Shown here: piece by piece, positions 1-6,822 of the stretch
Layout: each line of letters opens with the position of its first letter
Numbering within the stretch: position 1 is the stretch's first letter
Assembly: GCF_947305105.1 (NCBI RefSeq)
Contig: NZ_CAMZCS010000011.1
Location: forward strand, 13,397-77,396
Reading direction: 5' to 3'
DNA length: 64,000 nucleotides
From: an uncultured Fibrobacter sp.
GTDB lineage: Bacteria; Fibrobacterota; Fibrobacteria; Fibrobacterales; Fibrobacteraceae
Notes under the pieces: generated by a model
Databases searched by the model: none
What the model saw: the letters and a program-made list of their open reading frames with translations, nothing else
Told to the model about the DNA's origin: nothing
Program-made: the position numbers and the translations under genes

Positions 1-1613
1 TGCGCCTCGTCGCGGGCATTCTGCAAAAGTTTTAGGGCCGGGCTCGTGCGGTGCAGCACGATAGACTTGCGGTCGTCGGGGAACACAATTTCTTCGAGAC
101 GTTTGGCAAGGCCAATCAGCGGCAAGTCCTTGTCGTGGCCTAGTTCCTTAAGAATCTGCATCGTCGCATCCACCTGGCCCTTACCGCCGTCGCACACCCA
201 CAAATCGGGCATGGGGATTCCCTCGCTTTCGAGCCTGCGGATACGGCGGGTCATCACCTCGCGCATGCTGGCAAAGTCGTCCACGCCCTCGACTGTCTTT
301 ATGATAAACTTGCGGTAGTTCTTCTTGTCGGGTCGCCCGTTCCTGAACGCAACGAGGCTTGCGACCGTATTCGTGCCGCTCAGGTGCGAAATGTCGACGC
401 ACTCGATGCGGAACGGAGTCTTCTTGAGCCCGAGCACCTTCTGCAACTCGAACACGCTCTGGTCGACTTCGCTGTACTTCTGCACCTCGGCCCGCATTTC
501 CACAAGGATCATGTCAGCGTTGGCTCCGGCCAGTTTGAGGAACCCGACCTTGTCGCCGCGCTGCGGCTGCGTCAAGAGCACCCTGTGGCCAGATTTCTCC
601 GACAGCGCCTGGGCAAGCATATCACGGTCCGGAAGGTCTTCCACGTCTACCGCGATTTCGGACGGAACCATGGGCACGTCCATGTACCACTGCACAAGCA
701 TCTGTCTCAAAATTTCTGCGACATCGTCTTCTAGCCTACATTCCATGCGGTAATGACGCCGCCCGGTGAGCACGCCCTTGCGGTATTCCAGGATTACTGC
801 AGCGGCCATGGAGCCATTGCGTTTTAAACTGAGCACGTCCAAAGAGAGGTTCGGGTCGCTCGTATCCGTCTTCTGGTGAATCCCGGTAGCCTGCAGCGCC
901 TGGATGGCATCGCGCTTCTTGCCCGCCAACTCAAAGTCCAGATTTTCGCTCGCCTGCTGCATTTCGGCCTGCCACTGCGCAACAAGGTCGTCGCGTTTGC
1001 CCTCGAGCAGGAGCTTTGCCTGGGCAACAGACTTCGCATAATCTTCTTCGCTTATAAGCCCAGCACACGGCGCATCGCACCGACCGATATGGTAGTTGAG
1101 GCACGGCCGCGCCGGGCTTGCAAGCGGCAACTTCAGCCGGCACTCGCGGATATGGAAAAGCCTCGCCGCCAAATCCGTCAGCTGCGACACCACGCGCGAA
1201 TTCATGTAGGGGCCGTAATACAGGCAGTCGTCCTTATGGACCGACCGGCTCAGAAACAGCCTCGGGAACGGCTCCTTCACCGAAAAAGCCAAGTACGGGA
1301 AATGCTTGTCATCTTTCAGCAAAACGTTGTACTTGGGCGTATGCTTGCGGATTAGCGTCGCTTCGAGAATCAGCGCTTCTTCTTCGCTTTCCGTAATAAT
1401 CCACTCGATATCGCGAATAAAAGGGAGCATCAAGGTCGCCGCACGGTGCCCGGCATGGTCGCTCCCGTCAAAATAGCTGCGGACACGGTTCTTGAGGACC
1501 TTCGCCTTGCCGATATAGATAATCTTGCCCGACGCGTTCTTCATCAGGTAGACTCCGGGCCTTTCGGGCAATTCGGCTATACGGCGGCCTATATGTTCGT
1601 TCACTTCAATCAT
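1..1613 (-). CDS. uvrC: Excinuclease ABC subunit C (UvrC), N-terminal ~537 aa; the 3' end runs off the window
   Basis: Absent from the ORF track (no stop in the window). My reverse translation from the ATG at 1613-1611 gives MIEVNEHIGRRIAELPERPGVYLMKNASGKIIYIGKAKVLKNRVRSYF (GIY-YIG), then CLNYHIGRCDAPCAG, a UVR-type FELAGKKRDAIQAL, and IECVDISHLSGTNTVASLVAFRNGRPDKKNYRKF (endonuclease core). Confidence 0.9.
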   Translation of the reverse strand, partial: MIEVNEHIGRRIAELPERPGVYLMKNASGKIIYIGKAKVLKNRVRSYFDGSDHAGHRAATLMLPFIRDIEWIITESEEEALILEATLIRKHTPKYNVLLKDDKHFPYLAFSVKEPFPRLFLSRSVHKDDCLYYGPYMNSRVVSQLTDLAARLFHIRECRLKLPLASPARPCLNYHIGRCDAPCAGLISEEDYAKSVAQAKLLLEGKRDDLVAQWQAEMQQASENLDFELAGKKRDAIQALQATGIHQKTDTSDPNLSLDVLSLKRNGSMAAAVILEYRKGVLTGRRHYRMECRLEDDVAEILRQMLVQWYMDVPMVPSEIAVDVEDLPDRDMLAQALSEKSGHRVLLTQPQRGDKVGFLKLAGANADMILVEMRAEVQKYSEVDQSVFELQKVLGLKKTPFRIECVDISHLSGTNTVASLVAFRNGRPDKKNYRKFIIKTVEGVDDFASMREVMTRRIRRLESEGIPMPDLWVCDGGKGQVDATMQILKELGHDKDLPLIGLAKRLEEIVFPDDRKSIVLHRTSPALKLLQNARDEA

Positions 1614-1711
1614 CTGTTCATAGAAAAACTAAAACTTTTTCTTTCTTACGGCTTAAATATTAATTATCTTATAACCATAAGGAACGGCTCGAACGCCATA
1701 ACGGAGAAAAA

Positions 1712-2584
1712 ATGAATTTTGACAACATGAATATCCTTTCGCAGAAGGTCGAGGGAGTATTGACCACGGTAAGGAACCTGCGCGCGCAAGTCGGCGCCCT
1801 GCAACAAGCGCTACAGAATTCGCAGGCCGAAGCTCATGACAAGTCCATGCTACTTGACGCAGCCAATAAAGACCTCATGGACTGCAAGGCTGCCCTGAAC
1901 GCCCGAGCCAACCAAGCCGCCGCACAGAACGAATCCCTGAACGAAATGCGTTCCGAGCTCGATATGCTCAACGGCAAACTCTCCGAAAGCGCAAACGCCA
2001 TCAACATGCTCAATGGCAAAATTGCCGAACAAGCCAGCTCCATCGCGACACTTAGCAAGCAAGTCGAAGAGCGGAACACCCAAATCGGCAGCCTGAACGA
2101 CCATATCGGCGAGCAGGACGAAATTATCAACACGCTCAATGCGCAAGTCGCCGAGAAAAACGGCCTCATTGACACCCTTAACGCACAGGTCATCGAAAAA
2201 GGCCGCCTTCTCGAAGAAAAGATTCAGATTATCAATTCCCAGGGCGAAGAAATCGCCGAAGCGCAGGAACGTTTCCAGCAACTGCTCGCCACTATCGAAA
2301 AGGAACTCGGCACCGAGATTCCCATAGAGCAGCACACCATGCCGGCACAAGACCCCATACAGGAGCCCGAAGCCCCCGCCGAGGAAACTCTGGAAGAGGC
2401 CGCCGCCCCTGCCGAGGAACCAGCCGACGAACCTATCATCCAGTCTTCACGCAGCGATTTCGATATCCCGCAAGAAGAACCCTCCATCGATGACGAACCC
2501 GCCATCGAAGTTCACCCGGCCAACGAAAGAGACAACGACCTGTTTGCGAGCAATGGAGGCTCGCAAGGCGGTTTTTTCGGCTAA
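1712..2584 (+). CDS. Coiled-coil protein with an acidic Pro/Glu-rich C-terminus; possibly a ZapB-like division-associated protein
   Basis: 290-aa ORF with heptad-like repeats (LNGKLSESANAINMLNGKIAEQ.., TLNAQVAEKNGLIDTLNAQVIEKG). It lies immediately upstream of and co-directional with the zapA-like gene. The function is inferred from context only. Confidence 0.55.
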   Translation: MNFDNMNILSQKVEGVLTTVRNLRAQVGALQQALQNSQAEAHDKSMLLDAANKDLMDCKAALNARANQAAAQNESLNEMRSELDMLNGKLSESANAINMLNGKIAEQASSIATLSKQVEERNTQIGSLNDHIGEQDEIINTLNAQVAEKNGLIDTLNAQVIEKGRLLEEKIQIINSQGEEIAEAQERFQQLLATIEKELGTEIPIEQHTMPAQDPIQEPEAPAEETLEEAAAPAEEPADEPIIQSSRSDFDIPQEEPSIDDEPAIEVHPANERDNDLFASNGGSQGGFFG

Positions 2585-2627
2585 AGTGGCTGATGGACGA
2601 TGATCCATTCGGCGTAGGAATGAGATA

Positions 2628-2942
2628 ATGGCAGACTTAGAACTCAGATCCGTCACAGTCACGGTTGCACAGGAAAGGATCCAGATCCGCACGGATTTGC
2701 CCGATGCGGAACTGGGTGAAATCATCGCCTTTATCGACGAACGCTTCAAGCGCTACGAAAAATACCAGATGGACTACAAGAAGCGGCTCTCGCTCCTTGC
2801 AGTCGAACTGACCTCGGAGCTGTTCGAGGTGCGCAAGAACATGCGCCGTGCAAAACTGTACTGTGAACAGATGGACAAGTCCGCCAGAGACCTCGGGAGC
2901 TTGCTCGAAGAGGGCATCGACCGCCCCGAGCAACAGATATAG
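2628..2942 (+). CDS. zapA: Cell division protein ZapA-like
   Basis: 104 aa. It has the N-terminal beta pattern VTVTVAQERIQIRTD, then ..IIAFIDERFKRY.. and RLSLLAVELTSELFE followed by a coiled coil, matching the ZapA family layout. Confidence 0.7.
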   Translation: MADLELRSVTVTVAQERIQIRTDLPDAELGEIIAFIDERFKRYEKYQMDYKKRLSLLAVELTSELFEVRKNMRRAKLYCEQMDKSARDLGSLLEEGIDRPEQQI

Positions 2943-3059
2943 CCCACGGCTGTTTTGTCACGTTTGTGTTAAAAAAAGCCGATTTTAGGCGAATATCGCG
3001 AGATAAAAAATACAAAAATATTACTTGCTTTCTCAGTTTCCCGATAGTATATTATAATC

Positions 3060-3227
3060 ATCGGCGGTCCCACGGTATTAACGCCCGATCTAACAGAATT
3101 TATACAGCTCGTTGCTCTTGCGGTTCAGTTTAGGCGCACTCCGATGCGAAAAACAAAGCCCCGAGGCGCTGCTATCATTACAAGATTAGTAGTTTCGAGT
3201 GTTTCAACCGAAGGGACCGTCTTTTTT
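3060..3227 (+). ncRNA. Candidate small RNA, possibly 6S (SsrS)-like
   Basis: A sigma70-like promoter TTGCTT(3025-3030)-17 nt-TATATT(3048-3053) precedes it. The 5' CGGTCCC (3065-3071) pairs with the 3' GGGACCG (3212-3218), followed by T7 (3221-3227). Internal CAGCTCG/CGAG..CTG pairing suggests a rod-like fold. No credible ORF is present. The position 3' of zapA mirrors the known zapA-ssrS synteny. Confidence 0.35.
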
Positions 3228-3236
3228 TGTACCCTG

Positions 3237-3560
3237 TCAGCGGTATTCGCGTTCCTTTTCCACAGCATTGGCTTCCATGGAATTCGGGGAAAGCATCCCC
3301 TTCAACGTCTGCCCGACAATTTCGGCACCTTTCGAGATGGCTCCTGTACGCACCGCATCGACTAGCGTCGGATCCTTGTTCACGGTATTGACGGAATCGT
3401 CCAGAGCCTTTACCTTATTGAGTGAATCACCAGTCACGACAAGCGGCTGCTGCATAGATAAATTCACCTTGTCCTCTGGAGCGCCGCCCTTCTGCACAAG
3501 TTGGGCATTGGCCGCACCGATATAGAACAAAGTAACAGCTATCAGGATTCTCTTGAACAT
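3237..3560 (-). CDS. Small secreted hypothetical protein
   Basis: The internal Met gives MFKRILIAVTLFYIGAANA/QLV, a signal peptide. It starts 33 nt downstream of the SIR2-like gene on the same strand. Confidence 0.55.
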   Translation of the reverse strand: MFKRILIAVTLFYIGAANAQLVQKGGAPEDKVNLSMQQPLVVTGDSLNKVKALDDSVNTVNKDPTLVDAVRTGAISKGAEIVGQTLKGMLSPNSMEANAVEKEREYR

Positions 3561-3593
3561 ACAATGAATCTCCGCCATGTAAGATAGCAAAAA

Positions 3594-4583
3594 CTACCCG
3601 CAAGTCGACTTCAAGTACTCCTTAGCGTCACAGTCCACGACAATGTCCTTACCAAGCAGGGCCCGGAGGCGTTCCAAATCCGGAGTTCCTTCTTTCTCGA
3701 ATATGACGGCAGTCTTGAAGCGGTCGCGATGCTTGAGCAAGAACTCAAGATTGTTCACGTCGGATTTGGGGAAACCGTACCCGACAAAAATGATTTCGCG
3801 CGCATGAGCGAGGTAGTAGTCAGCCCGCGACCAAAGCAGATTGAACAGGCTCCCCCGCAAAAAAGATTCCTTTGCATGCGCCATCGGGATATAGATGGGA
3901 GTGTCCTCGCTGTAGATCGGGAAGCTGCGGTCCTGCGGTTCCACCTGGCAGACGTTCTTCAGGTCGAGCTCGTCGGTGGCGCCCTTCACCGGGAACCAGT
4001 TGAGCGAGCCGTGCAGCTTGATGAAGTCGACCGTCTGGGGTGCGGCAATCCGGTGGGCGGAACGGTCGGCAGGCTCGATGCGGACACCGTAGTCCACGGA
4101 AATCTGTTCCGACAGTTCGGGATAGTTGGCAATGGCCGTCTCGATAAGCGTGTCGTAGTTGAAGCTGAGCAGCAGCGTCTCGCGTTCACCCGATGCAGTG
4201 TGGTTAGCACAGGACTTCAGAAAATTCTTCAGAATAAACGAAGCCTCGCCCTTCACGATTTCGTCACGGCGAATAACACTCGCAATAAAACGCAGCAGTT
4301 CAAAACGCAACGTCGCACGATAGAGGCGGTCGCGTTCGCCCGGGAATATACGGGCCGAGAGAATAGACGTGGCCAACTGTTCTATGCCAAGATATTCGCG
4401 CTGTCCGTTACAAAGGCAAAGGAAACGCTGGCAATATTCCTTGAAATGCGGGAATTCGTCCGGAATGCCATCGGGAATCAGGGCATTCAAATCCTTCAGC
4501 GTGGGCATGCTCGGCAAGAAAGACTTGCTGAAACCGGAACCCAGCACAAAAACACGGCGATAAGTACTAGAAGAGGAGACCAT
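3594..4583 (-). CDS. SIR2_2-type (non-sirtuin, defense-type) SIR2-like domain protein
   Basis: 329 aa with FVLGSGFSKSF (Rossmann G-loop), LLLSFNYDTLIE (conserved N/D), FIKLHGSLNW (catalytic His) and IIFVGYGFPKSD. It lacks the Zn-ribbon Cys pairs of true sirtuins. Confidence 0.75.
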   Translation of the reverse strand: MVSSSSTYRRVFVLGSGFSKSFLPSMPTLKDLNALIPDGIPDEFPHFKEYCQRFLCLCNGQREYLGIEQLATSILSARIFPGERDRLYRATLRFELLRFIASVIRRDEIVKGEASFILKNFLKSCANHTASGERETLLLSFNYDTLIETAIANYPELSEQISVDYGVRIEPADRSAHRIAAPQTVDFIKLHGSLNWFPVKGATDELDLKNVCQVEPQDRSFPIYSEDTPIYIPMAHAKESFLRGSLFNLLWSRADYYLAHAREIIFVGYGFPKSDVNNLEFLLKHRDRFKTAVIFEKEGTPDLERLRALLGKDIVVDCDAKEYLKSTCG

Positions 4584-4608
4584 GGTAGTAATATAATAAA
4601 GTGGTTAG

Positions 4609-4720
4609 GGGTTAGAATCTAGGAGCTAGGGAAAAATTTCACGGCTTCGCCGTCTTATATTGACGCACGAAGTGCGTGATTCTTATTCACTAGCCTCTAT
4701 TCTCTAGTCTCTATTCTCTA
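4609..4720. repeat. REP/BIME-like hairpin-mosaic repeat, copy 1 (inverted copy at 56263-56349)
   Basis: The ~88-nt core contains hairpins ACGGC-ttc-GCCGT and ACGCAC-gaa-GTGCGT plus the words ttagaatctagg and ctattctctag. Its reverse complement matches 56263-56349 at roughly 90%+ by eye. Confidence 0.8.
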
Positions 4721-4723
4721 GTT

Positions 4724-5437
4724 TCAAAACTCCAACCAGCCGGTTTCAAGGCCGGTCACGGGTACAATGCGACGGACATTCTTTTGCGCATCCGTCACCA
4801 CAGCCATCCCTGTCAAAAAGTTCATCCAACGCTGCGGCGTAAAGCGCATCTTGCAAAAATGCGTAAGGCACGGAACGGACCAAGCGTCGTGCGTCACGAA
4901 AATATTGAATCGCATATTTCCCTTTTCAAGCATCATCGCAAGCATCTCTTCGGAACGGTTCGCAAGCGGGCAGAACGCCTCGATTTGATTACGCGGATTG
5001 CCAGCCACCTCGTTCACCAGCCATTCGCAGATGCCCTCGTAAAAACCGGCACGCAGCACCTTCGTGAACTCGTCGTAGTCCTGGACAAAAAAATTGCCAA
5101 GAGCGTCGAGAGGTTCCACCAGCGGCATGTCCGGAGCCAACGCAACACCAGCGGCGGCAGCACGCCCCTTCCCTATGCATCGCGCGGTCTCCACGCAACG
5201 CCCCACCGGGCTCGAAAAAAACACCATATCACCATCAACAGGAATACAGCGCCCCAGAGCCAGCGCCTGTTCACGGCCGCGTTCCGTAAGGCCGACATGC
5301 GCACCATAGTCGGCATCGGTGGGCTTGATGTGGTCACGTTCGGCATGCCTCACCAAGAAAAAGACACGCTCGTCCGGAAGGATTCCCTTGAAGAAATCCT
5401 TGGCCTGAACAAAATCTGCGTTTTCGTTGAGCATCAA
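4724..5437 (-). CDS. Histidine phosphatase (phosphoglycerate-mutase-like) family protein
   Basis: 237 aa with the FFLVRHAERD catalytic RH motif, GLTERGREQA, and a downstream FVTHD His motif. Confidence 0.8.
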   Translation of the reverse strand: MMLNENADFVQAKDFFKGILPDERVFFLVRHAERDHIKPTDADYGAHVGLTERGREQALALGRCIPVDGDMVFFSSPVGRCVETARCIGKGRAAAAGVALAPDMPLVEPLDALGNFFVQDYDEFTKVLRAGFYEGICEWLVNEVAGNPRNQIEAFCPLANRSEEMLAMMLEKGNMRFNIFVTHDAWSVPCLTHFCKMRFTPQRWMNFLTGMAVVTDAQKNVRRIVPVTGLETGWLEF

Positions 5438-5490
5438 GGTGAATTTAGAAAAAAATGCTATTATTTAAACAAAAGGACGGGATATCATCC

Positions 5491-5523
5491 CTAGACCCTA
5501 GATTCTAAATCCTAACCCCTAAT
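5491..5523. repeat. Stop-rich 'ctagattctaa' word repeat
   Basis: The sequence ctagaccctagattctaaatcctaacccctaat lies directly upstream of ackA. The same word occurs at 56335-56346 and, reverse-complemented, at 4611-4622. Confidence 0.6.
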
Positions 5524-5529
5524 TTAACT

Positions 5530-6702
5530 ATGCGCGTACTCGTTCTCAACTGCGGCAGTTCTTCGGTCAAGTTCGCCGTCATCGATACCCAGACCAAGCA
5601 GTCCATCTCCAGCGGCCTCGTCGAAAATATCGGCGTGAACGGCCACGTGAAGGCCAAGGGCCCCGAAGGCAACATCGACTTCAACTTCGACTGCCCCACG
5701 CACGCCGAAGCCGTCGCCGAAGTCCAGAAGTTCCTCGCCGAACAGAAGCTCATCGACACGATCGAAGCCATCGGTCACCGCGTGGTGCATGGCGGCAAGT
5801 ACATCAAGAGCGAGAAGGTTTCGCAGGAAGTCATCGACTACATCCGCAGCATCACGCTGTTCGCCCCGCTGCACGAACCTGCACATGCGACCGGCATGGA
5901 ATGCGCAACCAAGTTCTTCCCGACGCTCCCGCAAGTGGCCGTGTTCGACACCGCCTTCCACCAGACTATGCCGCGCAAGGCCTTCCTCTACGGCATCCCA
6001 TACAAGTTCTACGAAGACGACGCCATCCGCCGTTACGGTTTCCACGGCACCAGCCACCGCTTCGTGACCGCCGAAGCCGCAAGCATCCTCGGCAAGAAGC
6101 CGGAAGACTGCTGCTTCATCACCGCCCACCTCGGTAACGGTTCCAGCTGCTCCGCGATTCTCAACGGCAAGTGCGCCGACACCACCATGGGCTTCACCCC
6201 GCTCGACGGCCTTATCATGGGTACGCGCTCCGGCAGCCTCGACCCGGCCATCCTCTTCTTCATCAGCAAGAAGTACGGCTACGACATCGACCGTCTCGAC
6301 AAGCTCGTGAACAAGGAATCCGGCCTGCTCGGCCTCTCCGGCTTAAGCAACGACATGCGCACCCTGACGCAGGCCGCAAGCGAAGGCCACCTCGGCGCAC
6401 AGATTGCCCTTGAAACCTTCTGCTACAAGTTGACCCGTGAAATCGGCGGCATCGCCATGGCACTCCCGCGCATCGACGCACTCGTGTTCACCGGCGGTAT
6501 TGGCGAGAACAGCCGCGTGGTTCGCAAGACCGTCATGGAAAACCTGAAGATTCTCGGCTACCAGATTGACGACACCCGCAACGAGGACAACGGCAAGAAC
6601 TCCGGCCACATCATCAGCAAGGACGGCACGCCGACCGCCATGGTCGTCGCCACCAACGAAGAACTGCTGATTGCGCTCGACACCGAAGCATTAGTAAAGT
6701 AG
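5530..6702 (+). CDS. ackA: Acetate kinase
   Basis: 390 aa with MRVLVLNCGSSSVKFAVID, GHRVVHGG, FDTAFHQTMP, RYGFHGTSH and VFTGGIGENS. Confidence 0.95.
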   Translation: MRVLVLNCGSSSVKFAVIDTQTKQSISSGLVENIGVNGHVKAKGPEGNIDFNFDCPTHAEAVAEVQKFLAEQKLIDTIEAIGHRVVHGGKYIKSEKVSQEVIDYIRSITLFAPLHEPAHATGMECATKFFPTLPQVAVFDTAFHQTMPRKAFLYGIPYKFYEDDAIRRYGFHGTSHRFVTAEAASILGKKPEDCCFITAHLGNGSSCSAILNGKCADTTMGFTPLDGLIMGTRSGSLDPAILFFISKKYGYDIDRLDKLVNKESGLLGLSGLSNDMRTLTQAASEGHLGAQIALETFCYKLTREIGGIAMALPRIDALVFTGGIGENSRVVRKTVMENLKILGYQIDDTRNEDNGKNSGHIISKDGTPTAMVVATNEELLIALDTEALVK

Positions 6703-6822
6703 GAAGTTAGAAGTAGACAGTAGACAGTGGCCCTACGGGCCTATCCGCCAGGCTACTTGAAATATGCAAAGGCTCCGCATCGCGGAGCCTTTACTGTCTA
6801 CATTCTACTGTCTACTTCCTAC
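6699..6822. repeat. Palindromic MITE-like element filling the convergent ackA/adhesin gap; contains a bidirectional terminator
   Basis: The 30-nt arms gtaggaagttagaagtagacagtagacagt (6699-6728) and actgtctacattctactgtctacttcctac (6793-6822) are about 24/30 complementary. Inner hairpins are GGCCC-tac-GGGCC and AAAGGCTCCGC-atc-GCGGAGCCTTT (6768-6792). Confidence 0.7.

Noticed and set aside
3060-3227. An alternative reading of the sRNA candidate is that it is merely the 3' UTR/terminator of zapA or of the minus-strand gene 3237-3560.
   Set aside because: This is not fully rejected. On the minus strand the A-run precedes the stem rather than following it, which is wrong for a terminator. On the plus strand a separate good promoter sits ~115 nt after the zapA stop. 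I therefore kept it as a low-confidence ncRNA.
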